From: an uncultured bacterium
GTDB taxonomy: Bacteria > Acidobacteriota > Thermoanaerobaculia > Multivoradales > JAHEKO01
Length of the DNA stretch: 63,487 bases
Assembly (NCBI GenBank): GCA_905479655.1
Contig: CAJQNK010000066.1
Location: forward strand, 1 to 63,487
Direction of reading: 5' to 3'
The notes under the pieces were generated by a model. That model was not told where the DNA came from and made no database searches. It worked only from the letters and a program-made list of their open reading frames with translations. The position numbers were made by a program, and so were the translations under genes. This document shows positions 30,316 through 39,226 of the stretch, piece by piece. The first letter of the stretch is position 1, and each line of letters begins with the position of its first letter.

Positions 30316-30784
30316 ATGAGATCCGAGTGCGCCTGTTGCGGCCGGCCGCAGGAGCCGGCGGACCGCGACGCCGACAGCGAGCTCTCCCACGGCGTCTGCG
30401 CGAGCTGCCTGGCGGACTTCGTCGTGATGTCGGTGGACGACCTCTCCACCCCAGATCCGGAGGACTTGGACCGCCTGCTCTACGGCGCCCTGCGTCTCGA
30501 CCGGGAGGGTCGGATCGTCGCCTGCAACCGGCGCGAGTCGGAGCTCAGCGGCGTGGAGCCCCGGGAGGTGATCAGGAGGCGCTTCTTCGAGGAGGTGGCC
30601 CGGTACACCAAGGGTGCGCGAGTTCCAGGGGCGCTTCCGGGAAATGGTGAAGGTGGCCCGGAGCGCCCGCGAGACCTTCGGCTTCCTGTTCCGCTTCCGC
30701 CGCGGGCGCCGCTGGGGCGAGGTGGCGCTGCTGCATCACGGCGAGAGCGGCGAGACGTCGGTGCCGGTGGAGATTCGGGAGTAG
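30316..30784 (+). pseudogene. Zn-finger plus photoactive-yellow-protein-like PAS domain, frameshifted
   Basis: CACC..SHGVCASC, then LD.L.YGAL.LD..G.I..N..E..LSG..P..V...FF.EVA. One extra G near 30613 shifts into VREFQGRF...F.F.F, which ends at TAG 30782-30784. Confidence 0.7.
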
Positions 30785-30902
30785 GTAGCGGAGCCCGAGG
30801 AGACCGACTCGGCCAGCGGCGAGCCTGGGCGACTTGAGGGGCCGAGGGCGGGCTTCCAGGCCTGATCCTGGGAGCGATAAGAGGTCCGGTACAGTTACCT
30901 GA

Positions 30903-33900
30903 GTGATGAAGAGCGGGAAGTGGACGAAGTCGCTCGCCTCGGTCGGGATCTTCGTCGCGTGGGCGGTTCCGGTGGTCGCACAGGACCCACCGTTAACGGG
31001 CGTCCTCGAGCTCCAGGCCTTCTGTGATCGACCGCAGCATTTTGACTTCGCCTATGTCAGTCGCGAGGCGGAATCGGCGTTACGCGAGTGCCCGCAGCCT
31101 GAGGACGAGACCGAGCAGGCTGCCTGTCGGGTCCTGTCCGCCTACTTCGCAATCGCGCAAGGTAGGGAGACCGAGGCACTTCAACTCCTGGAGGCTGGCG
31201 GTGAGGGCTTCGCCGAGATTGGCGACAGCTGGGGAGAGTGGGTTGTCCTATTCCTGCAAGCGGAGATCCATCACGCGAAGGGACGAGGAAGAGAGGTCCG
31301 CGCACGACTGGCTGAGGCGACGGGCTTGCTCGACCGACTCCAGGCGTCGGGATCCCCGATCTCGCACCGGGGTCGGGAGCTCTTCGTCGAGGTCACCGGC
31401 GTTCCAAACTCCACCCTGGAGGAGTTCGCCGAGGAGGGTGGTCGGATCCGACCCTTGCTGCTGCGAACGGCCAGCATCTCGACGCTGGCACTCCTCGGTT
31501 TCTCACAGAGCTGCGACGGGGACTACGGTGCCGCTCGGGCGACAGGTCGCCGGGTCGCCGAAGTGATGAGCGCCGGCATCGACCTATACGACGAGAGCCG
31601 GATGCCCGAGTTCATCTCGTGGGTCGACGAGAAGAGCAGCCGATTCGACCGAGCGCTCCAAGGCTACACCCTCTCCTACCAGCTAGCGCTAAAGCGAGGC
31701 AACCCGGAGAGGCTCGCTTCGGTCGCTCTCCGATTGAGTCAACTGAGGCTGAAGATGGGGCACGCCGACGATGCTCTGCCCGTCCTGGAAGAAGCCCTGG
31801 GGCGCACCCCGCCGAGATCCTGGCCGCACGTCCTGCTGCTCCTCGAGAAGGGCCTGGTCCAGGCTCGGCTCGGCCAGGTGGGAGAATCGAGAAGAGCTCT
31901 CCTGAAGGCCCGAGAGGCTGCGCGGTCTTCCGGAGATGCCTGGCAGGAGGTGGCCGTCCTCGTGATCGGCGGTGGCGGATTCGGGCTGCTCGGTTTCTTG
32001 GAAGACCAGGTCAGGCTGCTCGAGGAGGCGGTCCGGCTTCTCGAGGGAATGGACGACCCCGCCGCGCGGGCGCGACTCCTGGAAGTCCGATTGCTCCTGA
32101 TGTACGCGTACGGGACGCTCGAGCTGCAGCCGAGCGAGGAGTTCCAGCACTCGGAGATCCGCCGCCTTGCCGCGGGTGACCTTGGTGCGGAGGTCCTGCG
32201 AAGTGCCGAAATCTACAGGAAGCTCAGTGGTTCGAAGGACGACGTTCGGGAACTCGTGACGATCGATCCCGAGAACGCGTCTTTCTGGGGGAAGCTCGCC
32301 GGCCTCTACGAGGGGCTGGACGAGGCCGAGGGCCGGGAGGAGGAGCTCGCGCTCGTCGTCGACGCCTTCGGCACGGAGGCCCCTGAGCTCCGGGAACTCT
32401 ACCGTAGGGGGATTCTCGAGGAGGACCTCGGCTTCGTCGAGCGATGGCTAGAGCGCTGGGCTGACGAGGGCCGGCTGACCCACTCCCGCGCTGGCGCCCC
32501 CTGGCAGGCGGCGGAGAAGTTGGCGCAACTCGCGGTGGTGGATGTAGTGACTGAACGGCCGGTGAGGGGTGTAGAGCGTGCCCGACGGGCGATCTCCATG
32601 ATGGAGTCTCCCCTTGAGAGCATGGATGTGGACGAGGTCGTGGCGGCCATGATGGACGAGGAGGCTCAGGACGTCATCCGGATGGCAGTATGGGTCCTCT
32701 CGCAGGTCGATATCGAGGAGGCTTTCGTCGCGGCGGAGAAGGGACGGGCGCGTACACTCCGGCTCGCACTCAGCGAGAGGCCGCCGCTGCGGTCTGAGCC
32801 CAGTGGGGCGGAAGCTCAGGTGCTCAAGCAGATCGCTCTTCTCGAGGCAACCGAGGCCGGCGGAGCAACCAACGACGGCGCCGAGGACTCGGAGCTTGCT
32901 GCGCTTCGGGACGAGTTCCTCCGACTCCGACTGGAGGCACGGTTGTCGTCGTCGGGCGACCCTCGCTCCCCTGACCCGACACCCGACCTCGAGCGGCTGC
33001 AGGAAGAGCTTCTATCAGCGGACGCGACCCTCGTGACCTACTACCGCGTTCGGGACCAACTCCTGATCTGGGTCGTGACACCGGTCGCCGTCGAGATGAC
33101 CCAGCGGTCGATGCCGAGCACCGAGCAGATCACCGAGGCGATCGCTTCGCTGCGATTCGAGGAGAGCGGCTGCGCAGGGGCAGGCGGAACAGGCCGCCAT
33201 GCGACCGGGCTCGAATGTCTGGAGGGTAGCCCCTCGGATCGGCTGTACGACTTGCTCATCGCCCCCATCGAGGCATGGCTCCGCGGTCGGCACCTGATCA
33301 TCGTGCCGACGGGACCGCTTCACGAGGTTCCCTTCGCTGCGCTGCGGAACCCGCGAAGCGAGCGCTACCTGGTCGAGGATTTCTCGCTGAGCCTGATGCC
33401 GACGGCAGGTGCGCTAGCTCTCTCATCGGAGGTGAGTGGTCGACCACGAACGGAGGCCCTGGTCATGGGCGACAGCCTCACAGCCGAGGAGCGGCTGAGC
33501 GGCGCACGCCGTGAGGCCGTGCAAGTGGCTGCCCTACTCGGCAGCGAGCCTCTCCTCGGCGCTCACGCGTCGGAGGCCCGGCTCTACGAGAGCGCTGCGA
33601 GCGCGCGGCTCTTGCACCTTGCGACTCATGGCCGGTACTTTCCGGAGCAGCCCTACTTCAGTCGCATTTTGCTCTCGTCCGATTCGGAGCACGACGGCAG
33701 CCTCATGGTCCACGAGACGCTCGATCGCCTAGACCTTCGAGGCGTCGAACTCGTCGTACTCTCGGGTTGTGAGACCGCGCTCGGGGAGGTCAGCCGCGGC
33801 GACGACACCGTCAGCCTCAGTGGCTCCTTCCTCGTCGCCGGGAGCCGCGCGGTCGTGTCGACGCTCTGGAAGGTGAACGACGAAGCGTCGGCCGACCTGA

Positions 33901-34076
33901 TGGTGAGCTTCTACCGACACCTTCTGCATGCTGAGGCCTCTCCCGCAGAGGCGCTCCGCCTCGCACAGCTCGAGGTTTTGGCTAGCGCCCAGACTTCTGC
34001 GCCCTATTTTTGGGCCGGCTTCTCGGTCGCAGGCGCTCCAGCGACGGTGCTCAGACCGCTCAAGTGGACAAGGTAG
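30903..34076 (+). CDS. TPR-like plus CHAT (caspase HetF-associated) domain protein
   Basis: LYDLLIAP, VP.GPLH.VPFAAL, HLATHG (His), LSGCET (Cys), STLWKVND and PYFWAGF motifs; helical repeats in the N-terminal part; signal-like start. Confidence 0.9.
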   Translation: MMKSGKWTKSLASVGIFVAWAVPVVAQDPPLTGVLELQAFCDRPQHFDFAYVSREAESALRECPQPEDETEQAACRVLSAYFAIAQGRETEALQLLEAGGEGFAEIGDSWGEWVVLFLQAEIHHAKGRGREVRARLAEATGLLDRLQASGSPISHRGRELFVEVTGVPNSTLEEFAEEGGRIRPLLLRTASISTLALLGFSQSCDGDYGAARATGRRVAEVMSAGIDLYDESRMPEFISWVDEKSSRFDRALQGYTLSYQLALKRGNPERLASVALRLSQLRLKMGHADDALPVLEEALGRTPPRSWPHVLLLLEKGLVQARLGQVGESRRALLKAREAARSSGDAWQEVAVLVIGGGGFGLLGFLEDQVRLLEEAVRLLEGMDDPAARARLLEVRLLLMYAYGTLELQPSEEFQHSEIRRLAAGDLGAEVLRSAEIYRKLSGSKDDVRELVTIDPENASFWGKLAGLYEGLDEAEGREEELALVVDAFGTEAPELRELYRRGILEEDLGFVERWLERWADEGRLTHSRAGAPWQAAEKLAQLAVVDVVTERPVRGVERARRAISMMESPLESMDVDEVVAAMMDEEAQDVIRMAVWVLSQVDIEEAFVAAEKGRARTLRLALSERPPLRSEPSGAEAQVLKQIALLEATEAGGATNDGAEDSELAALRDEFLRLRLEARLSSSGDPRSPDPTPDLERLQEELLSADATLVTYYRVRDQLLIWVVTPVAVEMTQRSMPSTEQITEAIASLRFEESGCAGAGGTGRHATGLECLEGSPSDRLYDLLIAPIEAWLRGRHLIIVPTGPLHEVPFAALRNPRSERYLVEDFSLSLMPTAGALALSSEVSGRPRTEALVMGDSLTAEERLSGARREAVQVAALLGSEPLLGAHASEARLYESAASARLLHLATHGRYFPEQPYFSRILLSSDSEHDGSLMVHETLDRLDLRGVELVVLSGCETALGEVSRGDDTVSLSGSFLVAGSRAVVSTLWKVNDEASADLMVSFYRHLLHAEASPAEALRLAQLEVLASAQTSAPYFWAGFSVAGAPATVLRPLKWTR

Positions 34077-34196
34077 GCGGGGCTCTCGGGCCAGGCTGAC
34101 TTCGGACGGGTTGGGTCGATCTCGATTCAGTCTCGGTTCTCGGCGTTCGCTACCGTTCTCATTGCCCGGACACGAGCAGCTACCCGCTCCTACGAG

Positions 34197-37100
34197 TCAC
34201 CCCCCGTCCTGCCCTCCGATCACGGTCCGCACCTCCACGCCGCGCCTCCCGACCTTCACCTCGAGGTCGTCGATCTCGTCGGGCTCCAATCGGCGGTCGG
34301 TGGCGAACGCCAGGATGTACTGGCTGCGCAGCTCGCGCTGGATCTGGGCGTAGGCCTCGGGGAGCTGCTCGATCTGGTTGATGTAGAAGACCCGCCCGCC
34401 GGTCGCCTCCGAGATCCCCTCGAGATCGATCTTGCGCCGGCCGCGCCGCGGGTCCTCGATGCCGGCGAGGCCGAGGGAGTAGATCGGCACCCCGAGCTTG
34501 CGCCCGAACTCGATGCAGCGCCGGGGTCCGAAGTGGCTGTCGACGTCGTCGCCGTCGGACAGCACGACGAGGGCCCGCCGGCCGCCGCCGACCTGCTCGA
34601 ACTGCAGCATGGAGAAGACGACGGCGTCGTACAGGGCGGTCGTGCCGTCGGGCCGCAACCGGCCGATGGCGCGCATCAGCGGCAGGATGTCGCCGGTGAT
34701 CCCCTGGAGCAGGCGGGGCTTGGCGTCGAAGTCCACGACGAACGCCTGGTCGCCGGGCCGCAGGGTGTTGCCGACGAAGCTGGAGGCCGCCTTCTGGGTG
34801 TCGGGCATCAGGGTCCACATGCTGCCCGAGGTGTCGATGACCACGCCCAGCGTCAGCGGTACGTCCTGCGCCAGGGCGAAGCGTTCGATGGGACGCTCCT
34901 GCCCGTCCTGGAGGACGGTGAACTCCTCCTCACCCAGATCCTCGATCGGGGTGCCGTCGCGCTCGGTCACCACCACGTGGAGCTCGACCAGGTTGACGTC
35001 GAGACGCTCGACCGGGCCGAGGGCGGCCAGCAGCCGCACGTCCTCGAGCTGGCTGCCGTCCGCGAGGACCGCTACCACCCGCACGTAGTCCGCCGGCCCG
35101 GGCTGGGCGGGCACGTCGACCTCGGCCTCCCAGGGAGGCGTGCGCAGGACGACGCCGGGCTCCTCGCCGAAGGCCACCTCGACGCGATCGAGGCGCTCGC
35201 CCGGGGGGACCGAGACGTCCGCCACCACCCTGGCGCGCCCCGGCGCGACGGGCTGGACGTCCTGGATGAAGACCGAGAAGGGCCGGGTGTCGGGGTTGAC
35301 CACCACGGTGTCCCGGGCCAGCTCGGCCCCGTCGCTGGTGTAGGCGACGGCGGTGACCTCGCGGGGGACCGCCTCGGGGCCCAGGTCCAGGATGCCGTTG
35401 AAGGGCGCCCGGGTGTCGGAGTCGAGCTTGTCGCCGTCGAGCAGGAAGTCGACGCGGTCGACGGCCGTGCTGACCACCAGGGTCTGGAAGCGTGTCCGGC
35501 CGGTGGCGGGCTGCCGCCGGGGTGGCAGCAGCCGCAGGATGTTCTGACGGATGGGCGGGGGGGCATCCTTCGCGACCGGAGCCTGGGCGGGCGGGGCTGC
35601 CGGGGCGCCCGCCGTCCCGGCGCCCGTCGTCCCGGCACCCGCCGGGGAGCTCGCCGCAGGATCGGCCGCCGCGGGGGCGGGGTCGTGCTCCTGCACCACG
35701 ACGGGTCGGGGGGCTGCCGCGGCCGGGAGGTCCGTGAGGGCCGCGAGCGCCGAGCCCCAGAGCCCGGTCTCCAGGTCCTCCAGCACCACGACGGCCTCCG
35801 AGAGGTCGGGTGGCAGCTCCACCGGGCGACGGTAGAGCCAGCCTCCGGCGCGGCTCAGGTCGTCCGCCCGGACGGTGTAGTGCTCCACCTGGAAGCGACC
35901 CTCGAGGGAGCGGGAGTAGACGGTGAGCCGGAACCAGGGCCGGACGCCGACCCTCGCCACGCCCTCGCCCTCGAGGAGCACCTCCAGCTCGCCGGTGAGG
36001 ACGTTGCCGCTGAAGGGGTCGCCCTCCACGCGCAGGGCCGCCCCCAGGGGCAGCGCTCCCGTGATCTCCCGCGGGCGCTCCAGGACGGCCCGCGCGCGGG
36101 CCGCGGCGAGGGCCGTGGGCGTGTCGGCCGCGACCCAGTTCGGGGCGACGGCACCGGCCGGTTCGACGACCTCCAGGCTGCGGGGGGTTCCGTCCGCGGG
36201 CAGCGGAGCCTCGAAGACCACCCACCACCGCCCGCGCAGCGACGCGAGCGCTCGGTCGACCCCCAGGGCGTCCAGGGTCAGCGCCCCGGCCGACGCCGTC
36301 GTCCAGGCCTCGAGCGGCTCGCGCGGCAGCTCGTGGTGTCCCAGGGTGCGCCCGGCGGCCAGCGTCACGACCGTCCAGCCGGCCGACGGCAGGAGGCGAG
36401 CGATCTCCCCGTGGCGGGCCGCCAGCACGGCGGCCGCCGGCGCGTCGCGTGGCGCCTGCGTCGTGGAAGCGCCGTAGTGGCTCCAGGGGTCGAGGTCCAG
36501 GCCGTCGCGAACCAGGACGAGGAGCCGCGGCCCCGCCTCGGAGGAGGCGGCGATGCGGGAGAGGATCTGCTCCTGCAGGCCGGCGACCAGCTCCGCCTCC
36601 TCGGCGGCCACCTCGGCGGCCTCGTCCGCGCCGCCGCCGTAGTCGGCCCAGTCGGCGCGCAGGAACTCCACCTCGCTGGCCGACACCGCCTCTCCGGGCA
36701 GCACCTCGAGCGCGCTCCGCAGCCGACCGGCGTCGCGCGTGGGCTCCAGGAAGAGCTCGTCGAACGGGTCGGCCAGCACGATCTCCACGGGTCCGAGCGC
36801 GGTGAGCGCTTCCGCCCGGTCGGCCAGCAGCCCGGCTGCCGCCGACAGCCCGTCGGCGCTCGTGAGCGGCGCGTCGAACCACAGGGTGATCCGCCAGGCG
36901 TCGATCGGATCGGCGGACACCACCGCGGCCGGGACGCCTTCGAGACGCAGCGTCGCCGACGCCGGCGAGGCGGAGAGGCCCGGCGGCGGCCCGAGGGCGA
37001 ACGCTCCCCGGCGCAGGCTGACGGCCTCGACGATCGAGGGGTCGACGTCGGGGGCACCGGGGACGGCGGCTCCCGGGCTCGCGGGCAGCGTGTCGCGCGA

Positions 37101-37202
37101 GGGCGGGACGGCGGCGGCCACCGGCAGCGTCAGGAGGAGGGCGGCGGTCCACGGGACGAGCCGAGCGCTGAGCCGGTCCAGGGTCGTCGGGAGGCGATTC
37201 AT
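34197..37202 (-). CDS. Secreted VWA-domain protein (acidobacterial VWFA type) with Ig-like domains
   Basis: VNLVEL.V.VT, FTVLQDG, MIDAS DTSGSM, TALYDAV, LSDG.D..S, TGG and ELRSQY.L motifs. Confidence 0.85.
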   Translation of the reverse strand: MNRLPTTLDRLSARLVPWTAALLLTLPVAAAVPPSRDTLPASPGAAVPGAPDVDPSIVEAVSLRRGAFALGPPPGLSASPASATLRLEGVPAAVVSADPIDAWRITLWFDAPLTSADGLSAAAGLLADRAEALTALGPVEIVLADPFDELFLEPTRDAGRLRSALEVLPGEAVSASEVEFLRADWADYGGGADEAAEVAAEEAELVAGLQEQILSRIAASSEAGPRLLVLVRDGLDLDPWSHYGASTTQAPRDAPAAAVLAARHGEIARLLPSAGWTVVTLAAGRTLGHHELPREPLEAWTTASAGALTLDALGVDRALASLRGRWWVVFEAPLPADGTPRSLEVVEPAGAVAPNWVAADTPTALAAARARAVLERPREITGALPLGAALRVEGDPFSGNVLTGELEVLLEGEGVARVGVRPWFRLTVYSRSLEGRFQVEHYTVRADDLSRAGGWLYRRPVELPPDLSEAVVVLEDLETGLWGSALAALTDLPAAAAPRPVVVQEHDPAPAAADPAASSPAGAGTTGAGTAGAPAAPPAQAPVAKDAPPPIRQNILRLLPPRRQPATGRTRFQTLVVSTAVDRVDFLLDGDKLDSDTRAPFNGILDLGPEAVPREVTAVAYTSDGAELARDTVVVNPDTRPFSVFIQDVQPVAPGRARVVADVSVPPGERLDRVEVAFGEEPGVVLRTPPWEAEVDVPAQPGPADYVRVVAVLADGSQLEDVRLLAALGPVERLDVNLVELHVVVTERDGTPIEDLGEEEFTVLQDGQERPIERFALAQDVPLTLGVVIDTSGSMWTLMPDTQKAASSFVGNTLRPGDQAFVVDFDAKPRLLQGITGDILPLMRAIGRLRPDGTTALYDAVVFSMLQFEQVGGGRRALVVLSDGDDVDSHFGPRRCIEFGRKLGVPIYSLGLAGIEDPRRGRRKIDLEGISEATGGRVFYINQIEQLPEAYAQIQRELRSQYILAFATDRRLEPDEIDDLEVKVGRRGVEVRTVIGGQDGG

Positions 37203-39088
37203 GAGGGACGCTCCGAACCCAGGCCGACGAGCTCCAGAAGGCGCAGGGCGTTGGTCGTGGGGGCCAGACCGGCTCGCATCCGGTAGTCGAAGGTGACGCT
37301 CGGCCCCTCCCCGGAGTCGCCCAGCGCCTCGCGGAAGTGCACCGGGTCGCAGGCGTCGCGGATCGGCTCCATGTCGGCAAGCTCGAGGTCGTGCGTGGTC
37401 ACGGCGCCCAGCGCGCCGTCGTCCAGGAGTCTACGCACGACACGTGCCACGGCGATCCGCCGCTCCCCGGGGTTCGTGCCGCGCAGCACCTCGTCCAGCA
37501 GGAAGAGCAGCCGCCGCCCCTCCTCCGGCGCCTCGGCCGCCTCGACGATGCTCCGCAGGCGCTCCAGCTCGGCGAGGAAGAAGGAGACGCCGTCGGTCAG
37601 GGAGTCCTCGACCAGCAGGCTGGTGCCCAGGATGACCGGCGGCATGGCGAGGCGTCGCGCGCAGACCGGCCCGCCGGCCTGGGCCAGCACGGTGTTGACC
37701 CCGATGGCGCGCAGGAGGGTGCTCTTGCCCGACATGTTGGAGCCGGTGACCAGCAGGACCCGCCCCGGGGGCCCGAGGCGCACGGCGTTGCCCACCCGCT
37801 GGTCGCCGGGCAGCAGCGGGTGGCCCAGGTCCTCGGCCTCGATCGTCGCGCGGCGCGGGTCCACCTCGGGGAAGGCCCAGTGGGGCTCGTCCGCCGCCAG
37901 GCCGCCCAGGGCGCCCAGGGCCTCGATCGAGCCCAGACACTCGAACCAGGCCCGGGCCGCGCTGCCCGACCGTCGTTGCCATCGTTCGAGGGCGGCGAGC
38001 AGATGGAAGTCCCACAGGAACAGCACCTGGAAGACCCCGTGCAGGGCCGAGCGACGCAGCTCGGTGAGTCCCGCCAGGCCGGCCAGTCGGTCCATCTCCC
38101 GGTGCGCCGACCGTCCCGACGCCTCGAGCGCGGCGAGTCTCCGACCCAGGGCCGACGACCGCGGCGCCAGGCGCGCCAGGCGTTCGAAGATCCTCTCGTA
38201 CACGGCGAGCTCCGCCTCGCGGCTCGCGACCCTGGCGAACACGGCGTGGATCTCCTCGCCGCGCGCCCGGCTCAGCCCGAAGATGCCCACCAGGAGCAGG
38301 ATCCACAGGTGGATCGGCACCAGCCCGGCCAGCGCGGCCAGCAGCAGCGCGGGGGAGATCACGGAGAGCGCGATCACTCCTCTGCGCAGGCCGGGGCGTC
38401 GGGCCAGCAGCGGCTCGCCCTCCGCCCACTCGAGGAACGCCTCGGGGTTCACCGGCCCGCGACGTCCGGCGCGCGCGGCGGCCTCGAGACGCTGTCGGAA
38501 TCCCAGCCGTGCGGAGAGCTCCCGGACGGCCTCCTGGCGGGTGGCGATGCGCCCGGGAGGGGCCGGATCGAGGAGCCAGCGGCGCAGCGTCTGTCGACCC
38601 GGAGGCGACGCCGGCGTCGTCAGCAGATGCTCCAGGGAGGCGGGTCCCAGCAGCCCCAGGTCGCGGGCGAGCGCGGCGCTCCCCTCCGGAGGGGGCTCGC
38701 CGGTCCCTGGCTCGGGCAACCCCGCCCAACGGCGGGCGAGCCGTGCCTGCGCCTCCTCGTTGATCGTCACGAGCGCCCGCACCGTCCTGCGGCGTCGGAG
38801 GAGGCGGTCGTGTCGGACGACGAGCACGCCGAACACGACGAAGGCGAGGCCGGCGACCGGCCAGGCCCAGCGCTCGGTCGCGGCCCCGCTCAGCAGGATC
38901 GTCGCCAGGGCGGCGGCGCCGGTCAGGAAGGCCGCGAGCCGCGCCCAGGAGAACCTCCGGGACACCGTCTCGAAGACGTCGTCCAGCCGCCCGAATCGCT
39001 CGGCCCGCCGGGCGTAGCGGGCGGCGGCGGGGTGGCCGGCGGCTCCGGCGGCGGCTCCGGCGGTGGCTTCGGCGGTGGCGTCGGGCAT
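37199..39088 (-). CDS. Membrane-anchored MutS-related protein (ATPase domain V only)
   Basis: N-terminal TM helices; HPLL, TGSNMSGKSTLLR, DSL..GVS.F.AEL, DEVLRGTN, TTHDLEL and FDY motifs; ATGA overlap with the VWA gene. Confidence 0.87.
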   Translation of the reverse strand: MPDATAEATAGAAAGAAGHPAAARYARRAERFGRLDDVFETVSRRFSWARLAAFLTGAAALATILLSGAATERWAWPVAGLAFVVFGVLVVRHDRLLRRRRTVRALVTINEEAQARLARRWAGLPEPGTGEPPPEGSAALARDLGLLGPASLEHLLTTPASPPGRQTLRRWLLDPAPPGRIATRQEAVRELSARLGFRQRLEAAARAGRRGPVNPEAFLEWAEGEPLLARRPGLRRGVIALSVISPALLLAALAGLVPIHLWILLLVGIFGLSRARGEEIHAVFARVASREAELAVYERIFERLARLAPRSSALGRRLAALEASGRSAHREMDRLAGLAGLTELRRSALHGVFQVLFLWDFHLLAALERWQRRSGSAARAWFECLGSIEALGALGGLAADEPHWAFPEVDPRRATIEAEDLGHPLLPGDQRVGNAVRLGPPGRVLLVTGSNMSGKSTLLRAIGVNTVLAQAGGPVCARRLAMPPVILGTSLLVEDSLTDGVSFFLAELERLRSIVEAAEAPEEGRRLLFLLDEVLRGTNPGERRIAVARVVRRLLDDGALGAVTTHDLELADMEPIRDACDPVHFREALGDSGEGPSVTFDYRMRAGLAPTTNALRLLELVGLGSERPS

Positions 39089-39226
39089 CGGGGAACCCTA
39101 GCGAATGCGGTCGATCCGCGTCGATGCCGCCCCGCCGGGGATGCCGTACCGGGGGAGTCCGCGAGGGACGGCTCCGGGGCCACCGCCCGCGGGATAAGAT
39201 GAGCTGATCGACGACGGAGCCGCAAC

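Noticed and set aside
30903-34076. CHAT protein as part of a type III-E CRISPR (Craspase) or other defence operon
   Set aside because: No cas genes, array, gasdermin-like gene or other partner is adjacent.
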